From NCBI RefSeq assembly GCF_001194135.2, contig NC_068988.1, positions 83,702,317-83,766,316 on the forward strand: a DNA stretch of 64,000 nt. Direction: 5' to 3'. The translations under genes were made by a program, and so were the position numbers. Of this stretch, positions 26,201 through 38,200 are shown piece by piece. The notes beneath the pieces were generated by a model that was given only the letters and a program-made list of their open reading frames with translations, did no database searches and had not been told where the DNA came from. Every line of letters starts with the position of its first letter. The first letter of the stretch is position 1. Source of the DNA: Octopus bimaculoides (lineage: Eukaryota).

Positions 26201-29200
26201 AAAGTGGTAGTAGCCAGCCATTATAAATAGACCAGTTACCAGTCAACAACAGAAGATTGAGAACGTCAGCAAGGTTGAGGGTATTATAGCTAATCTAGAT
26301 GTTATTCATTCTTGAATAGTAGTAACAATTACTAAAGTTAAAACCAAAAACATAGTTTTGGATGCAAGTTTATTGTGTCTTGTCTAAGACTGTTTTATTT
26401 GGGTTAGTGTGCGGCTGGCTTTACTAATTCATTATTAAACTTTTATTTTTTTATGGTTTTTCAGAATAAATACATTTCTTTTTAACCCATAATTATGTCA
26501 AAATAATTAAAATGGACTTGACTTTGAAAGAAGAAAACAGGATCTTCAATGAAGAGTAGGAATTGCAATATGTTTTTAGTAAATAGTGGACGCAAAACGT
26601 CTTGCTTGCTTTGTGACTGCAATTGTAATGGTTAAGAAATTCAATGCACAGCAACATTATGTTCTTCATAAAGACAATAAATATGCCATATTAGAGGGTG
26701 GGTCTTGAAAGATAGCATTGCAGAAACTGAAAGATGGGAAACAAAAGCAAAGACAATTTTTCCAATGTGTGTTGCATCAAGGGAATGCTACGACAGAAGC
26801 CAGCTATAAAGTTGCATATTTGCTTGGAAAAAAAGATAAGCCATTCAGTGATGCAGAACTCGTAAAGGGATACATTATTTACATTTGATGGATATTTGTC
26901 CTCATCTTGTTTGTTGTTAACATTAGGTGTCTTGAGGATATTTCGAACCTGGTTCTCATTCCTAAAGTATTTTTCAATGTTATTATTACTATTATTCAGG
27001 TCACTGCTTGGAATCAAACTCGGAATCTTGGGGTTAGTAGCCTGTGCTCTTAACCAATATGCCATATGCCCGTGGGCAATTATGGGGTGAATTTTAGGGC
27101 TTATAAATCTAATATTTTCCTATCCTTCCTTAATACTGGTTCCCATGGGCTACTCATATCTGCACTCAGTCTGCTTAGGAGGTTGTTGTATCCTAGCATA
27201 TGTGCTGCTTCTTTTAGTTTTCATATTTTCCAGTGATGTTCTCTGTCTATTATTTTAACTTCATCCCACAGGTGGGGGGAGGTGGTCTCCNNNNNNNNNN
27301 TGGAAAAATGGAGACCGAGTGCAGATATGAGTAGTACATGGGAACTGATATTCAGGAAGGATAGGAAAATATTAGATTTATAAGCTCTAAAATTCACTCC
27401 ATAATTGCCCACGGGCATATGGCGTAGTGGTTAAGAGCACGGAGTACTAACCCCAAGTATTCCGAGTTCGATTCCAAGCAGTGACCTGAATAATAATAAT
27501 AACATCGAAAAATACCTTAGGAATGAGAACCAGGTTCAAAATTTTCCCAAGACACCTGATGAAGGCTGGAGGGTATATCAGCCGAAACGTTGTGTTAACA
27601 ACAATCAAGATGTGGACAAATATCTGTCAAATGTAAATAATTCCTCATCTCTTAAATACAGAACTGTCATAAAGGGATGTATAAAGTGGTAGGATGTATA
27701 GATCCCAATAAAGTCAACAAATATAAAGAGGTGCCTCTTTCAAGAAGGACTAATACAGATCGACAGCATGAATTGGCCTGTAATGTAACAGAGCAATTGA
27801 AAAATATAATCCAAAAAGAAAATGGTTATTGCTCAGTAACTTTGGATGAATTGACAAAAGGCAGATACAACAAAAGACAGTGGCAAAAGACTGATTAACA
27901 ACAATATTGAAACCTTGCAGTGCCAACTTTGGCTTCCATCTCTCCAGGGATAGTTATATAAGTTCCAATCAAATATTAAGATTGATTTAGTTGACTGCAG
28001 CCTTCCACAAAATACATGACTCGGTGCTAATACCAGAAGTCATTATTGTATCCCGAAACTAAATCTTAGGATTCATTACCACCAAATTCCTTGCAATAAC
28101 AACTATTAATTTAACCCACCTATCACCTATCTCTTTAAGCTGGTGCAAGTATAGAAAATGTAAATCTGCTAGAGTACAATAAATACACTGGAAGTGAAAT
28201 TAATGATATCTCCATGAGCAAAATAAAAGATATTTTAGGTGTGAAAACTTACCGGTAAACTCTGAATCTCGCCTGAAGGTGTAACGACCTGCTGTATCAC
28301 CTGAGCTGTCTGTATTTGTTGTTGTTGCTGTTGAGCCTGTTGCGTCACCTCTTGCACTTGATGGGAAACAGCTTGCTGAGTGATGGCTTGTGTAACTGTG
28401 GTCTGTGTGGGTGTTGGTGTGGGTGGTGCAGGAGGAGGTTGGCTGACAACCGCTGTCTGTTGAACTGGTGATGTGGGAATTTGAATGATGCTGGAGTTGG
28501 GTAACGCTACGAATTCATACCCATGTGTGTTGTTCTAGAAAGAAGCAAAAGAGATAAAAATTGAATTATCTATAATTATCTACAGATAATTCATCTATAC
28601 TTGTTGATGACATTCCAAATTGATATTCATTTCGTTTGTTTTTACATCTGTTTTTCAATGCTAACATGGTTTACACGAATATATTATCGAGGTACTGTTT
28701 TATGGCCGAGTACCCCTCCTGTCACTAAAACTACTACTGTCTGTTGTTTCTTCCCTAAGAGCAACATACACATAAACTCTGCTTGCTCTCTTTCATTTGA
28801 ATGCACAAATGACAGGCTTCACTCCATACCTTGCTACTGTGAGTTTAATATTAAGAGAGACACAAAGCAGTGAGCTGGCAGAATTATTAGCATGCAAAGC
28901 AAAATGTTTAGCAGCAATTCATCTGTCGTGTTCTGAGTTCAAATTCCACCAAGGTTGACTTTGCCTTTCATCCTTTCAGGGTCAATAAAATGAGTATCTG
29001 TTGAGTACTGGGATTCATGTAAATGATTTACACCCTTCCCCGAAATTGCTGGCCTTGTGCCAAAATTTGAAACCAATATTTAGGGGAGACATCATCTGGA
29101 TGTAAGAACCACTGCCTACTCACACCAAACTGCCAAAACCTTCTTAGCAGTGGGTAAATAGATGTAAAACAGTAATAATATAGAAATTCTCTATGAAAAG

Positions 29201-32200
29201 ATTTCAACTGTGGTGGGAAATTAATGGGGATTTAAAGGGATCTACCACTTGATATTGGTATTTTTGTTTAGCCCTAAGTCAGCCTTGACTGAACAAAAGC
29301 AAATATAGTCCAGCCATTACCATCTTGTCTTTTATTCAGATAGTGTATCTAGAGTTACATTGTCCTCATTTTTGTCTTTCACTTTTTAAGTTAGTAAGGT
29401 GGAATTTGGAGAGAGATTTTGCTGTTATTTCTGAAAGGTTTAGCAACCACATACAGGCGCTCTAGTTAATTTATGTTGGAGATGTGAGATGTCACAGTGA
29501 TAAGGACATGAGATGTATATAAAAGTGACATGTATTAACAGTGGAAGGTAACTGTGGCAAAAGTAGGACTAAGGATAACAGTGGAAAAAAGAGGCGAGAC
29601 TAGCTTTCAGGGTGTCAGTCTCCACAAATAACACACCAATATTGTAGAGTACACTAGTTATCTCTATATAGTAGTAGTTGATAAAAAATATTGGCTGGCT
29701 GGCCGGTTGGTTGGTTGGCTGATTTCTCCAGTCACGATTTACACAATATAGAGAGAGGAGGAATAGAGTACAAGAGAGTTAATATATGAGATGAAGGATG
29801 AGTAAACATATTGGTTTGTTAGCAGGCAATGAGTAAAAGAAAACCTCACATCCATGCACACACTGTGAGAGAGAAAGAATCATAGAAACTGAGGGGAGGA
29901 GGAAATAACAAAGTAGTTATGGGAGGAAATCAAATTTTGCAGAGATAAGGTTTTTAATGGAGTAGATTGTAATTATATTGACTACATTTAGGAAAATAAG
30001 AGCATATCTCTCTTTTCCTCTTTTACTTGTTTCAGTCATTTGACTGCGACCATGCTGGAGCACCGCCTTTAGTCGAGCAAATCGACCCCAGGACTTATTC
30101 TTTGGAAGCCTAGTACTTATGCTATCGGTCTCTTTCGCCGAACCGCTAAGTTACGGGGACGTAAGCACACCAGCATCGGTTGTCAAGCGATGTTGGTGGG
30201 ACAAACACAGACACAAACACACACATATATACACATATACATATATACGATGGGCTTCTTTCAGTTTCCGTCTACCAAATCCACTCACAAGGCTTTGGTC
30301 GGCCCGAAGCTATAGTAGAAGACACTTGCCCAAGATGCCACACAGTGGGACTGAACCCGGGACCATGTGGTTGGTAAGCAAGCTACTGACCACACAGCCA
30401 CTCCTGCGTCTATATATATTGTTAATATACAAATGAGAAATTTGTCTTATTTAATATTATTTTAAGGTAATAAATATTTTATTGTTGAAAATTAGTATTC
30501 CTATCATCATTTTGTACAAGCACCAAGAAATTTAATAAAATTTAAATTATAATATTTATAAATAAACCATATTTCTTGATGTTACCCATGATGGCAAAAG
30601 TGTATTTTCAAAATTACTCATCATTTGACAGGAAACATTCTAATAATAATATCATAAATAAAAAGGTTAAAAAAAAAACAGGGAAAATGAAAGTAGAGTA
30701 CATACATTTCCAAGGTTACCTGATTGAGCAACTTGTATTTGGAAAGGGGGCTGAATGATATGTCCTCCTGTAAAAAGAATATTAATTTATATGATTAGAC
30801 AAAGCATCACTGGTTCAAATCTCATTACTATTAAGTTGTGGCCCTGAAACAAACAAACAAACCAGTGATTCTCAACGTGGAGCCTGGGAAAATTGTGGTC
30901 CAGTGTGGTGGCATAGTCACCAGGCACAAGGTTCTCATTAAAGTGATTCACTTTTTTCTTAGTCAATAATGCCCTTTTTTTGTGTACTCAGTACTTAATA
31001 AAAGAATTACTGGAAGATAGTAAATCAATAGAACCACTTGTATGATGGCGATGCTTGCTTCCAACTAATTATTTGACTCATGACCCAATGAGCACCCACT
31101 TTACTATATAATATATTAAGTAATATGTAGTAAAAAAGGCAGAGCTGTCACTCACAAGCAAGTATGACTTGGTAGTGAGTATAAACCTTTCACTAACTGT
31201 TTCAGGTGCTTTTATAATTGTGAGTAGATACAAGCACCCTCTTGGCCCTGCCTCCCTTTGACCCAGGAGAACATTTACAATGTGATATCTGAAGTGAGAG
31301 AGTATGGAGAGAGGTGACTGCACCAATAGTTGGCTGGTAACTCACTTCAGCTGAGTAAAATTATTAATGTATTGAATAATTGTGATAAAATATTTAAAAT
31401 AAAGATGATTTTTTTCTAACCACCAGTGGGGCATACATTTTTCTGGAAAGTTGTAGTGGAGCCTGGGGAAAAATAAGTTGGGAAACACTGCACTAAACCA
31501 AATCCCATTTGCTACTCCACAGTTGAGTGGTTAGCAGTAATAGAAGGCATTCATTCAGATGTAAAAGTTACTGTTAACACTACCACCGGCTACCTTGGGT
31601 GTGGGTAACAGAATCCATTCAGTTGCAAGCATTAACCTTTTTCACATCGAAATCAGATATATCCACTCAAAATTTCATTAGTCCTAACAGTGGGAAGCAG
31701 TTTTATACAGCAATCTATCTTTTTTGAAAAATGTCATATTCGAAACTATTTTCAGTCAAGATATGTCAAGTTCATTAAGGACAACATGGTTTGCAGAAAA
31801 TACCAGTTCTATTTTTGATAGATATTTAACATTGTCACTGGAATCTTTTATCTTTTACTTGTTTTAGTTAAGGGCTTTTAGAGAAGGGGCTGCACCAGTA
31901 GTTGGCTGGAAACTCACTTCAGCTGAGTAAACTGCAGTGATATGAAATTAAGCACCTTGCTCAATGACGCGTTGCACTGCTTAGTCCCGAAATTGAACCC
32001 ATGACCTTATGAAGCTGAGGTCAGCACCCTAATCCCAAGACCACATGCTTGTAATAGACGTGGCTAAATTACCTTGACTCAGCACAACTGGGAAACCATC
32101 TCCTGAAAGTTGTATTTGGGCAGTCTGTTGAGCAGCCTGTTGTGCTTGAGCTACCTGCACTTGTGGAGCAGGTGTGGTAGCAGGTTGTGGTTGCAACTGC

Positions 32201-32224
32201 TGTGTTTGTTGCTGCACTTGCTGC

Positions 32225-32284
<60 letters not shown>

Positions 32285-35200
32285 TGCTGTTGTTGCTGTT
32301 GCTGTTGTTGCTGCTGTGCTTGTTGTGACTGGGATTGTTGCTGCTGCACTTGTGGAGATTGCTGCTGTTGTTGGGTTGTTTGTTGTGGTTGTTGTTGCTG
32401 CTGTTGCTGCTGCTGCTGTTGTTGTTGTTNNNNNNNNNNNNNNNNNNNNNNNNNNNNNNNNNNNNNNNNNNNNNNNNNNNNNNNNNNNNNNNNNNNNNNN
32501 NNNNNNNNNNNNNNNNNNNNNNNNNNNNNNNNNNNNNNNNNNNNNNNNNNNNNNNNNNNNNNNNNNNNNNNNNNNNNNNNNNNNNNNNNNNNNNNNNNNN
32601 NNNNNNNNNNNNNNNNNNNNNNNNNNNNNNNNNNNNNNNNNNATCAACGGAACAGCCTGCTCGTGAAATTAACGTGCAAGTGGCTGAGCACTCCACAGAC
32701 ACGTGTACCCTTAACGTAGTTCTCGGGGATATTCAGCGTGACACAGTGTGACAAGGCTGACCCTTTGAATTACAGGCACAACAGAAACAGGAAGTAAGAG
32801 TGAGAGAAAGTTGTGGTGGAAGAGTACAGCAGGGTTCGCCACCATCCCCTGCCGGAGCCTCGTGGAGCTTTAGGTGTTTTCGCTCAATAAACACTCACAA
32901 CGCCCGGTCTGGGAATCGAAACCATGATCCTATAACCGCGAGTCTGCTGCCCTAACCACTGGGCCATTGCGCCTCCACATCCACACATCACTAGGTTGAA
33001 TAAAGTTTTTTTAGATTTTCACTAATAATTTACGGCAACTTAGATCTCCATGTTATATCATTAATTTGATACAATTTGTTGTCCAGTTGTTGCTGAATTG
33101 TTTATTCTTTACTTTACAGCTTTGATAATGAGTGGCGAAAAAATTGCAATTAGAGCTACTTGTAAAAAGGACAAAGTTTAAGGACAGTAGCAAAAGAAAT
33201 TAATCATGTGGAAGATCCAGGAACTGTCAACGAACATGTGACACAAAACTGGTTCAGATGTTTCAAGGAAGGTGACACCAGCCTCGAAGACAAACCAAGG
33301 TTAAGGAAACATTCTGTTGTGGAAGATAAGGCCTTGCTTGAAATGAGTGGACAACTGCCAAGTACAAACACTTGTACATTGTCAGCAGATTTTGGTCCTT
33401 TACAAAACACTATCAATTGGCACCTCCATAAGCTTAGACTTGTGAACAGACACTGTCAAGAAGCTCCTCGTGAATTGTCCAATGACTGGCTCAACAATTC
33501 TTTTATTCTTTTATTTGTTTCAGCCCTTTTGACTGTGGCCATGCTGGAGCACCACCTTGAAGGGTTTAGGTCAAACAAATCGACCCCAGGACTTAATTTT
33601 TTAAACCTAGTACTTATTCTATCGGTCTCTTTTGTAGAACCACTAAGTTATGGGGATGTAAACACACTGACACCGGTCGTCAAGTGATGATGGGGAAACA
33701 AACACAGACACAAAGACACACACACACACATAGGTATACACACATATATATACACAATGGGCTATAGTAGAAGATACTTGCTGAAGGTGCCATGCAGTGG
33801 GTCTGAACCTGAAACCATGTGGTTGGGAAGCAAGCTTCTTACTACACAGTCAAACTTGTGCCTATGTTGTACATTTGCAAACAACTGCTGGCAAATCTTT
33901 AAGATGCCCATTTTTGGCATAAAATTGTAACTGGACATGAAAAATGGATCTACTTTCATAACCCTAATAAGAGAAATCAGTGGCTTTGTTCCAGCCAGGC
34001 TTCAGAACCTGTTGTCAAACAAGGGCAGTTTGAACAGGTCATGTGTTTGGTGGAATTTTGATGGGGAGCTACACTTTGAATTTGTCCCAGATGGTCATGC
34101 TGTGAATGCTAACCATTATGTTCAATAACTGCAGTGAGCGTATGATACTTTGAAAGCCTGCTACCAGGTATGGATCAATCAAAGACACACACTCCTATAG
34201 CATAACAATGCCCCAGCACACACTGCCAATGTGAACAGGAACTTGAGGGGTTTTAAGTGCTGCCTACAGTCAAGACCTTATTACCCTTTTCAAGCCATGG
34301 CTCATTTCCTGTGCAGATGGAGGTTCAACAATATGAATAAGTTTGAAAACAGATGCAGGGAGTTTTTGCCTCAAAATCAACCAAATGGTATAAGCATGGA
34401 ATTGAATTTCTTGCACAATGATTGCAATGGACAATAGAATATGATCGGATGCATTTTGATGAATAAATGCTTTTCGTATGTACAAAAATCTTTTGGCTCA
34501 ACCTGGTAAACTGCCTTCAATTCAAATTTATTCATGAAACTAAATTATTTCAGTTACTAACTTTATAGTAGGGCCTTCAATAGGCAATGGTGACCATGCA
34601 TCCGTGCATACATATATAGGACTAAGCAAGATTTTTTGAGGAAGACTAGCATTTACCCATGCATTTAAGTTTCTTCTGTATACACCACTGATGCTTTGAC
34701 TTGAGTCAAAAGTGTCATCATAGTTATTGCTGTCAGAACACAAAGAGCCAGGATAGATACTTCAAGGTATCTTGCTTGATCTTCTAACAGTTCTGCCAAC
34801 CCACTGCAATGCACTGGACTGGCATACTTTGTAAATATAACTGAATTTGCTTTCTTTTTTAGATATTACTTTTCATCTATGTTCCAACCACAATGGAATA
34901 GCTGGGATGGGTCATTTTCTTTTCTTTTCTTTTTTTTTTGCTGGAACAACTATTTTTAAAGGCACCCCTAGCTGTAGAAACTATGCCAAACAAGACAATG
35001 TAGAGATCGCCGCAGCCCTTTGGTTTGTTAGATCCTGTCAACCTGTCCAACCCACATTAGCATAGAAAACAGGTGTTAAACAATGATGAAGGTGATAATA
35101 ATGATGAGGAAGAGGAGGAGGAGTCACCAACGGTATGATGTATGAAGATGACGGTGATGATGATGATGACGATGATGATGCCCTTGCCTACTGCTAACCA

Positions 35201-38200
35201 CTCAACTACATTATCTATTGTATCCTTCTTAAGTTGGTAATGTATGTCTTGAGAGAAATTTCATTTCCATATGTAGCAAATCAAATGACCACAAAGAAGC
35301 TACTTTGTTGACTTCTTATGTTGCTTGTTGTTTAGTCCCAGGTTTAATCTTCACTGAGCTGACCTATCCTCAAAGGCATTCCAGACATGATTTAGATATG
35401 GCATGTGTAAGACCTAGAAGAAATTACATAAAGCAGCAGCAGTAGCAGTAGTAGTGAGACAAATGAAAGAAATCAGTAGAGGAAATGCTTACCTGCCGTT
35501 TTGGTGGTTTCAGTTCATCTCGGGGAACAATGTCAATCAGGAAATCAAACTGGTCAAATTTGGTAATAGCCATTGCAATATCATTTCGCTGTGGATGATA
35601 AAAGAAAATCAAAAACTATGTCAATATACTATCCATATATGGGCATAGCTATGTGGTTAAAAAGCTTGTTTCCCAACCATGTTGTTTTGGGTTCAGTCCC
35701 ACTGTGTGGCAAGTTGGGTAAATGTCTACTGCTATAGCCCCAGGTCAACTCGTAGAGGGAAACTAAAAGCTCATTGTATATCTATGTGTGTGTGTATGTG
35801 TACATGTGTATGTGTGTGTGTGTGTGTGCATGCATGTGCCCATGCCTTGATATTATGTGATAGATGTAAATAAAGTGTCACTGTCATATGAGTGGTGGTG
35901 TTCATTTCCAGCCTTCTGAAAGGTACATGTCTAAGCATGGGAAAAATATTACCTTGCTTGGAAACAGGTGAGGGTTGGCAACAGGAAAAGCATCTGGCTG
36001 TAGAAAATCTGCCTCAACAAATTATGTCTGATCTGTGCATGCACTGAAAATTGGGTGTTATGATATATATATATACATATGCCCTAACTCTTCGAAACAC
36101 CAGTGTTATAATGGTGGCAGCTGATGAAGGAAATGTTCTCTATGTGGCCTGTGTGTTTTCTGTACCCTGTTTATCATTTTGTCCATGTTTTTTTGCAACG
36201 TCATGTACCCAGATATGCATCTATATATACATGTAGATGAAGGTATGTACATACATGTACATATATATGCATATACTCATATATTATTTATATNNNNNNN
36301 NNNNNNNNNNNNNNNNNNNNNNNNNNNNNNNNNNNNNNNNNNNNNNNNNNNNNNNNNNNNNNNNNNNNNNNNNNNNNNNNNNNNNNNNNNNNNNNNNNNN
36401 NNNNNNNNNNNNNNNNNNNNNNNNNNNNNNNNNNNNNNNNNNNNNNNNNNNNNNNNNNNNNNNNNNNNNNNNNNNNNNNNNNNNNNNNNNNNNNNNNNNN
36501 NNNNNNNNNNNNNNNNNNNNNNNNNNNNNNNNNNNNNNNNNNNNNNNNNNNNNNNNNNNNNNNNNNNNNNNNNNNNNNNNNNNNNNNNNNNNNNNNNNNN
36601 NNNNNNNNNNNNNNNNNNNNNNNNNNNNNNNNNNNNNNNNNNNNNNNNNNNNNNNNNNNNNNNNNNNNNNNNNNNNNNNNNNNNNNNNNNNNNNNNNNNN
36701 NNNNNNNNNNNNNNNNNNNNNNNNNNNNNNNNNNNNNNNNNNNNNNNNNNNNNNNNNNNNNNNNNNNNNNNNNNNNNNNNNNNNNNNNNNNNNNNNNNNN
36801 NNNNNNNNNNNNNNNNNNNNNNNNNNNNNNNNNNNNNNNNNNNNNNNNNNNNNNNNNNNNNNNNNNNNNNNNNNNNNNNNNNNNNNNNNNNNNNNNNNNN
36901 NNNNNNNNNNNNNNNNNNNNNNNNNNNNNNNNNNNNNNNNNNNNNNNNNNTAATGGTGTTTACATACCGAAGGGCTTGGTAAAAATTATTAATTGTTGAT
37001 TTATTAATAAATTAATAAATTGATAAACCTTTACCCTTTTAATTGTAATATATATATATATATATATATCATTATCATCATCGTTTAACGCCCGCCTACC
37101 ATGATAGCATGGGTGGGATGGTTTCAAATGAGCTGGGCAGACAGAAGCCTGCACCAGACTTCTGTGTCTGTTTGGCAGGATTTTTATTGCTGGATGCTCT
37201 TCTTAACACCAACCACTCAGTAAAGTGGATTTAGTGCTTTTTATGTGGCACAAGCACAGGCAAGGTCAGTTTTGGCAAGTTTTTTCCAGCTGGATGCCAT
37301 TCCAAACACCAACCACCTTACAGTGTGGACTGGGTGCTTTTTACATGGCACCAGCACTGACGGGGGTCACCAAATACTTGCAAGGCAAAAGAAAAAAAAA
37401 ACTTTCAAGCAGGGAGGGGGCATTGGAGGAGGTGATCTTGTGTTGGATGATGAAAGGTCATAGTGGGACAGAAACTGGTGTCTTGCTGTAGAGGAAGTAC
37501 AAGGTTACCTGGCCAGGGAGGAGGGGAGAGAGAGAGATAAATCAGGAATGAAGACAGAAACAGGTGCGCTACCGCAAAGGAAATACATGGTTACCAACCC
37601 GAGGGAAGTGCAGGAGAAGGAGAGAGAGTGGGAGACAGCTGGATAGAGATGGCAGCAAAATGCCGGGCATACTCACAAGGGGCGGAGATCAGAATATAAA
37701 TGGGATGATTGAGTAAAGGAAGAGAAAGATATAGATGGTGGCAAGTTCCAGGATAGTGTGAAGGAAGTGTGATTAAAGAGTGCAGAGGAAGGGGAGTGAG
37801 TGGCGAAAACCTAGGTATATATAGAGTTGGTGGGGCTACTGGATAGCAATGATACAGAGGAACAGGGTTGTGAGGACAGGATTGGGGAGTGAGAGCTAGG
37901 CATAGAGTATGAAGGAGGAAATGTGAGGGAGAGAAGAGATGTGGAGATGTAGATTGGTTCGTTGGAGTAGAGTGAGTGAGAAGTTTTCTTGTTAAGTGTG
38001 GGTGAGACACATAGCATTTCTAGAACTCAGTTTCGCTGATGTAGGCAGGTCTTCTCTAGAACTTCATATTGCTAGACATCTTGGTCCAGTGTCATTTCCT
38101 CCATGAGGCCCAACATCCTGAGATCAGTCCTTATCACTTCATCCCACATCTTCCTGGGTCTCCCTCTTTCACAGGTACCATCCACTTTCAGTGACCAGCA

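Larger units (their letters stand above)
26480..27900 (+). mobile_element. hAT (Charlie/GTF2IRD2-like) transposase remnant, split by the 26872-27667 insertion
   Basis: Decayed frame [13 protein letters not shown]...CLLC...KKFNAQQHY...[25 protein letters not shown] resumes after the insertion as [22 protein letters not shown]...SVTLDE. Confidence 0.8.

Noticed and set aside
27413-27486. Functional tRNA gene (also SINE heads at 32900-32978 and 40500-40570)
   Set aside because: A and B boxes are present but no convincing acceptor stem or cloverleaf, and each continues into repeat-family sequence.
29124-29188. Alternative 65-nt phase 1-to-0 exon
   Set aside because: The frame is open but the peptide ([22 protein letters not shown]) is unlike the domain and the acceptor is weak; the 41-nt exon fits better.
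32110-32751. Poly-Leu, poly-Cys, poly-Ala and poly-Asn/Ser ORFs
   Set aside because: Alternative frames and strands of the NF-YC CAA/CAG exon, plus N-gap read-through.
34540-34800. Missing NF-YC exon (EEVRQ...QYYF equivalent)
   Set aside because: The open minus-strand frames here have no similarity to NF-YC and no convincing splice sites; the segment more likely lies in gap 32431-32642.
36085-36140. Second hammerhead (CTTCGAAAC ... CTGATGAAGG)
   Set aside because: The two half-motifs are in permuted order and I could not form a stem I between them; probably a PLE terminal-repeat remnant.
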